From Bacteroidota bacterium (GTDB lineage: Bacteria; Bacteroidota; Bacteroidia; Bacteroidales; UBA1715): a stretch of DNA of 64,000 nucleotides. The notes beneath the pieces were generated by a model that did no database searches, had not been told where the DNA came from, and worked only from the letters and a program-made list of their open reading frames with translations. The stretch covers positions 1,592 to 65,591 of the forward strand of contig WQTX01000001.1 of the NCBI GenBank assembly GCA_009786075.1. Reading direction: 5' to 3'. How positions within the stretch are numbered: position 1 is the first letter of the stretch; every line of letters starts with the position of its first letter. Shown in pieces: positions 1-9,282 of this stretch. A program made the position numbers and the translations under genes.

Positions 1-1880
1 ACCATGGAATTGATTTAACACATCCTGATTTAATTGATAATATACATCCATTAAGTTTCGATTGTGACAACGGAACATCACCTCAGGTTGTTAGAGGAAA
101 TCATGGTACTGCATGTGCAGGAATCATTGGTGCAGTAAGAAATAATACAGATGGGATTGCTGGTGTGGCTCCTAATTGCGAGTTAATGTCTATTAGCTCT
201 TCTCTTTCGGGGACACCAACTGACCGAATGCAAAGAGCAGATGGGATTAATTGGGCATGGCAGAATGGAGCTGATGTTATCAGTAATTCATGGGGGGCTT
301 CTGTTCAACATCAAGTAATAGATGACGCAATTGAAAATGCAATAACACAAGGTAGAAATGGAAGAGGTTGTGTTGTTATTTTTGCTTCGGGTAATGATAA
401 TGCATCAACTGTTAGCTATCCTGCAAGTTTGCCAAATGTTATAGCCGTTGGAGCTATTGATAGATGTGGTATTAGAGCAGGGAAAAAAGACATTACAGGT
501 TCATGTGACCCATGGTGTTCAACATGTCAGCCGGGTAGTACTTATGGTTCTGATTTAGATGTTGTTGCACCGGGTTCTAGTGTTTATACAACTGATAGAC
601 AAGGTTCTGCTGGTTATAATACTACAAACGGAACTGCAGGAAATTATTATAATGATTTTGGAGGAACTTCTGCTGCCTGCCCGTTTGTAGCAGGTGTCGC
701 AGCTTTGATATTATCGGTAAATCCTTGTTTAACATGGGAGGAGGTGCGAGAAATTATATCTTCGAGTTGCGATAAGGTATCGTCTGCTCGATATTGTTAT
801 GCAACCACTGCAGGTCGCCCTTATGGTTCATGGAATAATCAAGTTGGTTATGGATTAGTAAACGCACATAAAGCCATTTTAAAAACGTATAATATACAAC
901 CTACAACTATTTCAAATATTAGCGGAACCGACCAAGGTAATATTACTTTAAACTGGGATTTAAGTGTAAGTGGATGTTCGGGTTTTGTCCCTGGAATTTA
1001 TTTAAGCACAAAAAGACATGAAGTACGAGCAACGGTAAACTATCCTTATACAATATCGCCTACAATATCTGCAACCTCCAATGGACTGTCGGGAGCAAAT
1101 CCAAATTATGGAGGAAATTTTGTGCAAATAATGGATACTACCGAAACTTCGGCAACTTTACGAACATTTGTGTATGAGGCTAAATATAATGTAAATGGGC
1201 AGATAGTAAATACATGGGTACCTGTTTCGCCAGCAAATGTGCGTTTTGCAGTTACGATTTATCCTAATGTTGGTACAGAATTTAAACTTCAAAATAGGAA
1301 CGAAACTACTTCAACATCGTATCATGCAATAAACAATATTTCGGCAGGTAAAAATGTAACTTCTTCCGTACCGACAGGAAATTATACCGTAAAAAGTGGA
1401 GCTAATGTTACATTTCGTGCAGGAAATAGTATAATTCTTTCCGATGGATTTAAAGCCGAATCCGGCTCAACATTTAGGGCATATATTGCACCGTTTTTTA
1501 CATGTACTTTTTCTTTAAAATCGGCACCGGTAATACCTGATTCTGATTCTTTACCTTTTATTTCCAATTTTACGGTAGAAAAAACTACCTTGTTGGAAAA
1601 TGAAATAATAGAAACGGAAAAACCATACCTCAAACTCTTCCCAAATCCTGTAATAAACGACGTAAATATTGAATACAAATTAATCAACGTTACCGAAATA
1701 GTAGAAATTACCTTGCACGATAGCAACGGTAAACTTGTGTATAAACTTAACAATAATGCTCCTCATGAAGCAGGAATTTATACTATTGCTTTGCAAAGTG
1801 CTAATTTGCCAGCAGGTATATATATTTGTACATTAAAAACCGATAAGCAGGTATTTACAGAGAAATTTGTAAAACAATAA
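1..1880 (+). CDS. Subtilisin-family (S8) serine peptidase with T9SS type-A C-terminal sorting domain; the 5' end lies outside the window
   Basis: The frame is open from nt 3 (HGIDLTHPDL ... NHGTACAG His box at about nt 96-119) into tracked ORF 165..1880. Ser box GTSAACPFVAG. The last ~80 aa (LFPNPVINDVNIEY...GIYICTLKTDKQ) resemble a Por secretion tail. Confidence 0.85.
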   Translation, partial: HGIDLTHPDLIDNIHPLSFDCDNGTSPQVVRGNHGTACAGIIGAVRNNTDGIAGVAPNCELMSISSSLSGTPTDRMQRADGINWAWQNGADVISNSWGASVQHQVIDDAIENAITQGRNGRGCVVIFASGNDNASTVSYPASLPNVIAVGAIDRCGIRAGKKDITGSCDPWCSTCQPGSTYGSDLDVVAPGSSVYTTDRQGSAGYNTTNGTAGNYYNDFGGTSAACPFVAGVAALILSVNPCLTWEEVREIISSSCDKVSSARYCYATTAGRPYGSWNNQVGYGLVNAHKAILKTYNIQPTTISNISGTDQGNITLNWDLSVSGCSGFVPGIYLSTKRHEVRATVNYPYTISPTISATSNGLSGANPNYGGNFVQIMDTTETSATLRTFVYEAKYNVNGQIVNTWVPVSPANVRFAVTIYPNVGTEFKLQNRNETTSTSYHAINNISAGKNVTSSVPTGNYTVKSGANVTFRAGNSIILSDGFKAESGSTFRAYIAPFFTCTFSLKSAPVIPDSDSLPFISNFTVEKTTLLENEIIETEKPYLKLFPNPVINDVNIEYKLINVTEIVEITLHDSNGKLVYKLNNNAPHEAGIYTIALQSANLPAGIYICTLKTDKQVFTEKFVKQ

Positions 1881-1907
1881 AGTATTCACTCAAAAAATAA
1901 TCATACA

Positions 1908-2321
1908 ATGAAAATGAAAAACATTTTCGTAATAATATTAGCAATGAGTTTAATGTTTTTTTCATCTTGTTGCAAAAGTCCCTATCCTATTGCCGGAGTA
2001 ATGGTGTCTTATCCAGACCTTTCAGATTCAGAAACTCTTAAAGCAATCCGAACTAATAGGAGCAATCTATCTATTATTGTTGATACAATAAATTTAGGGG
2101 ATTTACACTTATACAATAATTTTTCAGCATTTATTGAATTTAATATCAACTCTCCAAATTATATCATTTTTGTAGAAAACACATCGTATATTGACACGAT
2201 TTCAGATATAATGTTTGAAAGAAAGAAAGGTTGTAGTTGTAAAGAAAAAATAATAAATTTTGAGTATAAATTTAATGGTCAGAAACAAACAAAAACAGAT
2301 GATAGGATAATAATAAGGTAA
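1908..2321 (+). CDS. Hypothetical lipoprotein
   Basis: N-terminal signal peptide ending in SSCC (lipobox-like). No recognisable catalytic motif. Confidence 0.45.
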   Translation: MKMKNIFVIILAMSLMFFSSCCKSPYPIAGVMVSYPDLSDSETLKAIRTNRSNLSIIVDTINLGDLHLYNNFSAFIEFNINSPNYIIFVENTSYIDTISDIMFERKKGCSCKEKIINFEYKFNGQKQTKTDDRIIIR

Positions 2322-2421
2322 CGATTCTATTTTAAGTTACCCCTGTTTGGCGCAAGTTTAGCGATAGCATAACTTGTGTCGATACAGAACAAAGAAAAAA
2401 TAACCTTTAAATAAATAAAAT

Positions 2422-2955
2422 ATGAAAACAATTAAACACCTCATTTTTAGCGCATTATTAGCATGTATTGCTGCAAATTCATTGTATGCCCAAGAGAATA
2501 CTCACCAAAAAGCATATTTGGGCGTAGGAACCGGATTTGATTATGGCGGTTTTGGCTTAAAAGTTGAAATTTTACCGATAAAACACGTTGGAGTATTCGG
2601 TGGCTTAGGTTATAATCTATTGTCGCTTGGCTGGAATCTTGGAGGTACTTTCAAAATCCTTCCCGACAGCAAAGTGTCGCCCAATTTAATGCTTATGTAT
2701 GGTTATAATGGCGTTTTTAAAGGTACCGATAAATATTCCGAAAAATACAATATGACTTCTTACGGACTAACAACCGGAGTAAATCTCGATATTAAACTTG
2801 GAAACAAAGGGCATAAATTGAGTTGCGGATTATTTCTTCCGTTCCGTTCCGGAAAATTCCAAGACAATTATGATGCTGCAAAAAACGACCCAAATATGAA
2901 AGTTAGTGATTTGCCGCCGGTTGCATTTAGTATTGGGTTTAATTTTGCTTTATAA
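2422..2955 (+). CDS. Hypothetical outer-membrane beta-barrel-like protein
   Basis: Signal peptide (LLACIAANSLYAQ), Gly/aromatic-rich alternating pattern, C-terminal aromatic-containing strand (SIGFNFAL). Confidence 0.45.
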   Translation: MKTIKHLIFSALLACIAANSLYAQENTHQKAYLGVGTGFDYGGFGLKVEILPIKHVGVFGGLGYNLLSLGWNLGGTFKILPDSKVSPNLMLMYGYNGVFKGTDKYSEKYNMTSYGLTTGVNLDIKLGNKGHKLSCGLFLPFRSGKFQDNYDAAKNDPNMKVSDLPPVAFSIGFNFAL

Positions 2956-3122
2956 AGTTTGCGTCAATGTCTGAATTTCTCGTTCGGTTTAGGCTCTTTT
3001 GGCACCTGTTGCACAACTAAACGGCTATTAAAATAAATCAAGAACATTTTGTGTAATTCGCTGATATTTAGCATCTTTATGCAAAGATAAATACCGTTAA
3101 ACTTTTACAAAGAATTTTCCAT

Positions 3123-3176
3123 AACATTTCTAAAGTTTAGAATCATAAGTGTTCAAAACTTTGGAAATGTTTTTTT
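3123..3176 (+). terminator. Hairpin plus T-tract (rho-independent terminator-like)
   Basis: The 16-nt arms 3123-3138 and 3156-3171 pair with one T-G wobble in plus sense, followed by TTTTT. Confidence 0.45.
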
Positions 3177-3207
3177 GTATTCTACACGCTATTCGTAATT
3201 AATTTAA

Positions 3208-3215
3208 TATTTTTG
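3208..3215 (+). promoter_or_regulatory. Bacteroidota -7 box (TAnnTTTG) upstream of the nfnA-like gene
   Basis: TATTTTTG sits 20 nt upstream of the ATG at 3235. Confidence 0.45.
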
Positions 3216-3234
3216 TGTTTCAAAAATTTATACT

Positions 3235-4071
3235 ATGAATACAATTGTCGATAAAGAATATTTTTCCGAAAATGTTGTAAAACTCGAAGTAGAAGCCCCA
3301 TTGATAGCCAAAGCTCGCAAAGCCGGTCATTTTGTGATAGTGCGTGTAGGCGAAAAAGGCGAACGCATTCCCTTAACCATTGCCGATAGCGATACGGAAA
3401 AAGGCACAATTACGCTTGTGGTGCAGCAAGTGGGCGTGTCGTCGCTCAAATTGTGTAACCTAAACGTTGGCGATACTATTACCGATGTAGTTGGTCCACT
3501 GGGAAAAGCTACGCATATTGAAAATTTTGGAACGGTGGTGTGTGCCTGCGGTGGCGTGGGCACTGCGCCAATGTTGCCTATTGTAAAATCATTGAAAGAA
3601 CACGGTAATAAAGTAATTGTGGTGCTGGCTGCACGAACAAAAGATTTGATTATTCTTGAAGAACAAATGCGCCGCTATGCCGACGAAATTGTGATAATGA
3701 CCGACGACGGTTCATACGGTAACAAAGGCTTGGTTACCAACGGCGTAGAAATGGTTATTCAGCGTGAAAAAGTTGATATGTGTGTTACTATTGGTCCGGC
3801 TGTGATGATGAAATTTGTGAGTCTGCTCACGAAAAAATACGACCTTCCAACCCTTGCATCGCTCAATACTATTATGGTGGATGGCACCGGAATGTGCGGA
3901 GCCTGCCGTGTAAGCGTAGGTGGAAAAACCAAATTTGTATGCGTCGATGGTCCCGAATTTAACGCTCACGAAGTAGATTTCGACGAAATGATGATGCGCC
4001 TTGACGGTTACAAAGAACAGGAACAAGAAGCTATGCGAAAAATTAAAAAATGTTCGAGTTGTGATTTTTAA
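3235..4071 (+). CDS. Sulfide/dihydroorotate dehydrogenase-like FAD/NAD-binding subunit (NfnA-like partner of a GltD-type subunit)
   Basis: Ferredoxin-reductase-like layout. C-terminal Cys cluster GTGMCGACRVSVGGKTKFVCVDGPEF. Lies immediately upstream of the GltD-like gene. Confidence 0.8.
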   Translation: MNTIVDKEYFSENVVKLEVEAPLIAKARKAGHFVIVRVGEKGERIPLTIADSDTEKGTITLVVQQVGVSSLKLCNLNVGDTITDVVGPLGKATHIENFGTVVCACGGVGTAPMLPIVKSLKEHGNKVIVVLAARTKDLIILEEQMRRYADEIVIMTDDGSYGNKGLVTNGVEMVIQREKVDMCVTIGPAVMMKFVSLLTKKYDLPTLASLNTIMVDGTGMCGACRVSVGGKTKFVCVDGPEFNAHEVDFDEMMMRLDGYKEQEQEAMRKIKKCSSCDF

Positions 4072-4079
4072 ACTTAATT

Positions 4080-4167
4080 GAACGCAGATGACACGGATAA
4101 CGCGGATTTTCGCAGATTTTTTAATATAAATCCGTGCTAATCCGCGTCATCTGCGTTATCCGCGTTC
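4080..4167. repeat. Palindromic intergenic element of the TRITRIFADF word type
   Basis: Arms 4081-4092/4146-4157 and 4100-4108/4139-4147 are complementary, with alternative pairings possible. The termini GAACGC...GCGTTC are inverted. Confidence 0.7.
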
Positions 4168-4205
4168 AAAAAAACTTTTGATAAATCAGTAAAAATAAAA
4201 CCCTT

Positions 4206-5660
4206 ATGAGAAACAATACATGGCGAGTAGAATTGCGCAACGCAATGAAAGCAAAAGATAGAACCGATATACCACGAGTACACATGCCTGAATTAGAGGC
4301 TGACGTGCGCAACAAAAACAACGAAGAAGTTAACCTTGGTTTGACTTTGGAAATGGCGCAACGAGAGGCACAACGCTGCTTGGATTGCGTAAAACCAACC
4401 TGTATGAATGGTTGTCCGGTAAATATTGATATACCGGCGTTTGTAAAGAATATAGAACGAGGCGAAATACTTGAAGCTGCTAAAGTTTTGAAACAAACAT
4501 CGGCATTGCCTGCGGTGTGTGGACGTGTGTGTCCGCAAGAAAAACAATGCGAGGCTGAGTGTATTCATGTGCGCATGGGCAAAGAATCGGTTGCTATTGG
4601 TCATTTGGAGCGTTTTGCTGCCGACTATGAACGTGAAAGCGGCACTGTTTCGGTTCCCGAAGTAGCGCCTGCTAACGGATTTAAAGTTGCTGTTGTGGGT
4701 AGCGGTCCTGCCGGATTGTCGTTTGCCGGCGATATGGCAAAATTCGGCTACGATGTAACTGTTTTTGAGGCTCTGCACGAAATTGGCGGTGTGTTGAAAT
4801 ACGGTATTCCCGAATTTCGTTTGCCTAACAAAATTGTTGATGTGGAAATTGACAATTTGCGAGCAATGGGCGTGGAATTTGTAAACAATACTATTATTGG
4901 AAAAACCATAAGTGTAGAAGATTTGCAAAACGAAGGTTTTTCGGGGATTTTTGTGGGTAGTGGAGCCGGTTTACCACGATTTATGAATATCAAAGGCGAA
5001 AATTTGGTTGGCATTATGTCGAGTAACGAATATTTAACTCGTGTAAATTTAATGGACGCAGCCAATGAAGATGCTGATACGCCTGTGTTTAAAGGAAAAA
5101 ATGTAGCCGTAATTGGCGGTGGCAATACTGCAATGGATTCGGTGCGTACTGCAAAACGACTTGGCGCCGAGCGGGCAATGATAGTGTATCGCCGTTCCGA
5201 AGAGGAAATGCCGGCTCGTATAGAAGAAGTAAAACACGCCAAAGAAGAAGGCATAGAATTTTTAACTTTGCACAATCCGATTGAATATTACGGCAACGAA
5301 CAAGGACACGTTACCCAAATGCTCCTGCAAGTAATGAAACTTGGCGACCCCGACGAATCGGGACGACGCTCGCCGGTGGAAGTAAAAGGCGAAACAAAAT
5401 TAATCGATGTTGATGAGGTAATTGTAAGCGTTGGCGTATCGCCCAATCCGCTGGTTCCACAGTCGGTAAAAGGATTGACTGTAAGCAAATGGGGCACAAT
5501 CGAAGTACACGAAGAAACTATGCAAACCGATATTCCAATGATTTTTGCCGGCGGCGATATTGTGCGAGGTGGAGCAACGGTAATCCTTGCCATGGGCGAT
5601 GGACGCAAGGCTGCACAGTCTATGCACGAGTGGATTTTTATGCCGAAGTTTGATGAGTAG
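4206..5660 (+). CDS. NADPH-dependent glutamate synthase small-chain-like oxidoreductase (GltD/NfnB type)
   Basis: Two Fe-S Cys motifs (CLDCVKPTCMNGCP; CGRVCPQEKQCEAEC). FAD Rossmann fold VAVVGSGPAGLSFAGD. Second dinucleotide site VAVIGGGNTAMD. Confidence 0.9.
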   Translation: MRNNTWRVELRNAMKAKDRTDIPRVHMPELEADVRNKNNEEVNLGLTLEMAQREAQRCLDCVKPTCMNGCPVNIDIPAFVKNIERGEILEAAKVLKQTSALPAVCGRVCPQEKQCEAECIHVRMGKESVAIGHLERFAADYERESGTVSVPEVAPANGFKVAVVGSGPAGLSFAGDMAKFGYDVTVFEALHEIGGVLKYGIPEFRLPNKIVDVEIDNLRAMGVEFVNNTIIGKTISVEDLQNEGFSGIFVGSGAGLPRFMNIKGENLVGIMSSNEYLTRVNLMDAANEDADTPVFKGKNVAVIGGGNTAMDSVRTAKRLGAERAMIVYRRSEEEMPARIEEVKHAKEEGIEFLTLHNPIEYYGNEQGHVTQMLLQVMKLGDPDESGRRSPVEVKGETKLIDVDEVIVSVGVSPNPLVPQSVKGLTVSKWGTIEVHEETMQTDIPMIFAGGDIVRGGATVILAMGDGRKAAQSMHEWIFMPKFDE

Positions 5661-5675
5661 CACATTTCTACGGTA

Positions 5676-6950
5676 ATGAACGCACTACTCCCCATTTTGT
5701 ACACACTGCTTTGTGCTTTTTGCATAGTGCGATTGCCGTTTTTTCGTTCTATGCAACTTTCCAAGTGGACATTGTTGGGTGTGTTTGCTTTAAAAATTAC
5801 TGCCGCGCTTGCCCTGCACGCCATTTACACCTATTATTATCCGGTGCGCGCCGATGCCGATGTGTTTAAATATTTCGACGATGCGCAGGCTCTTTTTGCA
5901 TCTTTGCTCGAAAATCCTCTGCATTTTTTGCAAATATTGTTTGACAACAACGCCGGAAATCTTCCTCATTTGCAGCCGTATTTTGAAAATACGTGGCATT
6001 GGAGTCGTCCGGTGGAAATGGGTTTATTCAATGATAATCAAACAATTATTCGCATTAATATGTTGATGATGTTGTTTTCGTGGGGCAATATTTTTGTGCA
6101 TCACGTACTTGCGGCGTTTATTTCACTTGTGGCGTTTTGCTTGCTCTACAAAGTTTTTATTTCGTATTTTCCTCAGCAAAAAATAATTATTGTTCTCGGT
6201 ATTTTTCTTGTGCCGTCGTCGCTTTTTTGGGCTTCGGCTATGCTCAAAGAATGTATTGTGATGCTTGGTTTGGGGTTATTTTTATATGGTTTACACTTGT
6301 TTTCACAGCGTCAGCATTGGCGTTCGGCATTACTGTTTTTGTGCGGATTTTTAATTTTGCTGAACATAAAAGTGTATATTCTTGCAGCTCTGCTGCCGGC
6401 AAGTATAGCATTTGCGTTTGCCTCAAAATTTCCTCGTAAAATTAAAATATGGGAAATGTATGCGGCAATTTTTGGGGGAGCAATTGTATTTGTTGCGGTG
6501 TCGGGAATTCCCGTACTCGAAGCACTTGTCAATAAACGGACATTATTTATCGCACAAGCTATTGAACAACAAGCCGGTAGTTACATTGCTATTGGAAATA
6601 TTGATAACAATGTGTGGGCATTTATAAAAGAAACTCCGGCGGCGCTGTGGCGAGCGTTTGCACTGCCATATATATGGAATATTCGTTCGGTAATGGACGT
6701 TTTGCCGGCAGGCGAAAGTTTTCTAACAATTGTTTTGATTGTACTTGCGTGCATTTTTCCACAAAAAATTACTGCCGCACAACGCAATTTGTTATTCTTT
6801 TCAATTACATTTAGTCTTGCTCTTTTGTGGTTTACCGGCATTACAAGCCCAACCGTTGGCGGTATTGTGCGCTATCGTATGCCCATGTTGCCGTTTTTGA
6901 TAACCGGCATTGCATTGTGCGTAGATTGGAAAAGAGTAAAAATTTTCTAA
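5676..6950 (+). CDS. Polytopic integral membrane protein, function unknown
   Basis: About 10 or more hydrophobic segments across 424 aa. No soluble domain recognised. Confidence 0.5.
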   Translation: MNALLPILYTLLCAFCIVRLPFFRSMQLSKWTLLGVFALKITAALALHAIYTYYYPVRADADVFKYFDDAQALFASLLENPLHFLQILFDNNAGNLPHLQPYFENTWHWSRPVEMGLFNDNQTIIRINMLMMLFSWGNIFVHHVLAAFISLVAFCLLYKVFISYFPQQKIIIVLGIFLVPSSLFWASAMLKECIVMLGLGLFLYGLHLFSQRQHWRSALLFLCGFLILLNIKVYILAALLPASIAFAFASKFPRKIKIWEMYAAIFGGAIVFVAVSGIPVLEALVNKRTLFIAQAIEQQAGSYIAIGNIDNNVWAFIKETPAALWRAFALPYIWNIRSVMDVLPAGESFLTIVLIVLACIFPQKITAAQRNLLFFSITFSLALLWFTGITSPTVGGIVRYRMPMLPFLITGIALCVDWKRVKIF

Positions 6951-7433
6951 TTATTTTTTGAAATTCATACTTATCAAACTCTTGGTAAATCCCTGTGCAA
7001 TTGCGTCTTCATCAAGTTCATCAGAAATTACCGATAGTATTCCATTGTTGATTTTGAGTTTTTCGATTGTTATTTCGCCATCTTCATCTTTGCTTGTGAG
7101 AATGCCATCTGTACCATTCCACGTGTACGTTCCTAATTCTTCGGTTTGTCCGAATGCAGTAACATAACATTTTCCATCGGTTTTAAATTCATACTTTGTG
7201 CCTTTCATAAATAAGTCCGTAACAGCCACCATAGAACGCACAAAATCTACCATAGATTGCTCAGGGTGTTCGACCTCTAATGTTATGTTCACATACGTCC
7301 ATACTCCAACAATTGAAGTGTTTTTGTTTTTGTCTTTATCATTGTCATTACCATCTTTTTTACACGATGAAAGACCAACACACAAAGCGATTAACATACT
7401 TGTCAATACGCCAAATTTCAAAAATTTTTTCAT
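6951..7433 (-). CDS. Hypothetical lipoprotein (lipocalin-like size)
   Basis: Signal peptide with lipobox LSSC, then a Lys/Asp-rich linker and a beta-rich body. Confidence 0.5.
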   Translation of the reverse strand: MKKFLKFGVLTSMLIALCVGLSSCKKDGNDNDKDKNKNTSIVGVWTYVNITLEVEHPEQSMVDFVRSMVAVTDLFMKGTKYEFKTDGKCYVTAFGQTEELGTYTWNGTDGILTSKDEDGEITIEKLKINNGILSVISDELDEDAIAQGFTKSLISMNFKK

Positions 7434-7559
7434 AATTTATATAGTTTTAATGTTTGCCTACTTCTTGTTTTATGTCTTTTTTCGGCATATTCAGACAAAG
7501 AAAAGCCAAATGTATAATTTTTTCTTTAAAAAAATGCCGTAAAATAGAAAAAATAACCG

Positions 7560-7997
7560 CTACAATTTCGGAAACAGAATTTGGTCGTTAATAACGTACG
7601 ATACGTTGAACAATTTTACCGTTTGTTTATAAAGCATAAAGGCATCTTCACGAGTGCGAAAATCGCCGACACGGATTTTAAACATTGGTGGCTGATAAAT
7701 AAAATAGGTGGGGTAATTTGGGAAACTTTGCATGAATTTTACCCGTGCAGCTTCGGCTTCGGCTCGGTTTGAAGAACTGTGAATTTGCACACGCCAACCC
7801 TCAGTTTTACTTTCATTGAATTGATTGAGCGCAATGTGATTTTGCAGCAATTGTGTCAATTGCGCATCTTGTTGCACTTCAATTTTCCCTTCGTAAGAAT
7901 TTGATTGTGTTTGCAATACCGAAATAAAATCGTCTTGCGCAAAACCAGCCAACGTACTCATGAGCAGTATGAAAGATGTAATAAACGTTTTTTTCAT
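7560..7997 (-). CDS. SPOR domain-containing protein
   Basis: Signal peptide. The C-terminal GWRVQIHSSSNRAEAEAARVKF...FKIRVGDFRTREDA matches the SPOR pattern. Confidence 0.7.
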   Translation of the reverse strand: MKKTFITSFILLMSTLAGFAQDDFISVLQTQSNSYEGKIEVQQDAQLTQLLQNHIALNQFNESKTEGWRVQIHSSSNRAEAEAARVKFMQSFPNYPTYFIYQPPMFKIRVGDFRTREDAFMLYKQTVKLFNVSYVINDQILFPKL

Positions 7998-8011
7998 GTA
8001 TCGTATTTTTT

Positions 8012-8120
8012 ACCCCCTAAATCCCCCTAAAGGGGGACTTTTGGAACTGTGGTTTATATTTTCTTCTGTTCTTCTATTTTTTTCTCTCTCCAAGTCCCCC
8101 TTGAGGGGGATTTAGGGGGC
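8012..8120. repeat. C5/G5 palindromic element (GGGGGATTTAGGGGG family), copy 1
   Basis: The left arm CCCCCTAAATCCCCCTAAAGGGGGAC (8013-8038) is the inverse of the right arm GTCCCCCTTGAGGGGGATTTAGGGGG (8094-8119). Confidence 0.85.
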
Positions 8121-8122
8121 TT

Positions 8123-9115
8123 CTAATTCTTAATTATCTCAAAAATTTCCTGCAAATCAGGCGTTAAAATAATTTCGGAACGGCGATTTTTGGCACGTCC
8201 TTCGGGAGTATCGTTTGTAGCAATTGGCGAATACTGCCCTTTGCCCGACACTATGATTCGTTTGCCGTTGATTTTGGAATTGTTCAACAATATACCCGAA
8301 ATAGCAAGCGCACGCTGAGTGCTTAATTCCCAATTGCGTTGGCTACTGCCGGTGTTGTCGGTATGTCCTTCTATTGTTATATGAATTTCGGGGTTTTGGT
8401 CGAGTACGGTAGCAAGTTGTTTTAGCGCATTTTGTCCGTTGGCAGCAACTTCGCTTTGCCCAACTTTGAAAAGCAGCGATTCTTCGAGTACTACATAGAT
8501 TTTGCCGCCTCGTTGTTCTATGGTCAAACCTTTTCCTTCAAAACTCGTCAAAGCGCGTTGAATTTTTGCCCGTAAGGCATTGTTTGCCGAATCTTTGCGG
8601 GCAATAAGCGCTTCCATATCGGCTATTTTGCGATTTTTTTGCGAAAGTTCGCTATCTTTAAATCCCATTTCACGCATCAAATTGTTGAGTATTTCGGTTT
8701 TTTCGATAAAACTGCGTTGCAACAATTCGAGCGAATCTTGGCGTGCAAACAGCGATTCACGAATACGCTGCAAATCTTCGAGCATAGCTTTTGTTTCGGC
8801 AGCTCCATGTTGTGCTACTTTTGTTTGCTGCGCGCTCAAATTATCGTTCAGCGTTTTATACTGCGCATTTTGTGTTTCAAGATTTGCAATGCGAGTGTTT
8901 TTTGCACTTGTGTCGGCACGCAATCCCACAAGTTCGTCTTCGAGCTTTTTGTTTCGCGCTTCCAACGATGTTTTTGTTTTGTTGCAACTGCCAAGCAGTG
9001 TTGCCAACGAATCACGAGAGGCTTCGGCGCGTTTTACCGCCGGTAATTGTTTTTGAGCTGAGGCGGAACTTGCAAGCAGTATGCCGCAGAATGTGCAAAG
9101 GATTAGTTTTTTCAT
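8123..9115 (-). CDS. OmpA-family protein with an N-terminal coiled coil
   Basis: Signal peptide, about 180 aa of heptad-like sequence rich in Q, E, K and L, then ITIEGHTDNTGSSQRNWELSTQRA...NRRSEIILTP (OmpA/MotB C-terminal domain). Confidence 0.85.
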   Translation of the reverse strand: MKKLILCTFCGILLASSASAQKQLPAVKRAEASRDSLATLLGSCNKTKTSLEARNKKLEDELVGLRADTSAKNTRIANLETQNAQYKTLNDNLSAQQTKVAQHGAAETKAMLEDLQRIRESLFARQDSLELLQRSFIEKTEILNNLMREMGFKDSELSQKNRKIADMEALIARKDSANNALRAKIQRALTSFEGKGLTIEQRGGKIYVVLEESLLFKVGQSEVAANGQNALKQLATVLDQNPEIHITIEGHTDNTGSSQRNWELSTQRALAISGILLNNSKINGKRIIVSGKGQYSPIATNDTPEGRAKNRRSEIILTPDLQEIFEIIKN

Positions 9116-9127
9116 AAGTTTAAAAGA

Positions 9128-9282
9128 GCCCCCTAATCCCCCTCAGGGGGACTTTAGAGCCGTGTTTTAAGGGTTAATTTTTACTTTTATTTATATCTGT
9201 TATTTTGTTTATTGTTTCCGAGCTTCAGCAAGTCCCCCTCGGTTGCTGAGCGTAGCCGAAGTATGAGGGGGATTTAGGGGGC
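9128..9282. repeat. C5/G5 palindromic element, copy 2 (expanded right arm)
   Basis: GCCCCCTAATCCCCCTCAGGGGGAC at 9128-9152. The inverse arm at 9231-9282 carries an inserted GGTTGCTGAGCGTAGCCGAAG word. The stop codon of CDS 9274..12615 lies inside it. Confidence 0.8.

Noticed and set aside
5809-6841. Several 60-120-aa alternative-frame ORFs inside the polytopic membrane protein gene
   Set aside because: All are nested in or antisense to the single long 424-aa ORF, whose hydrophobic periodicity is coherent throughout.
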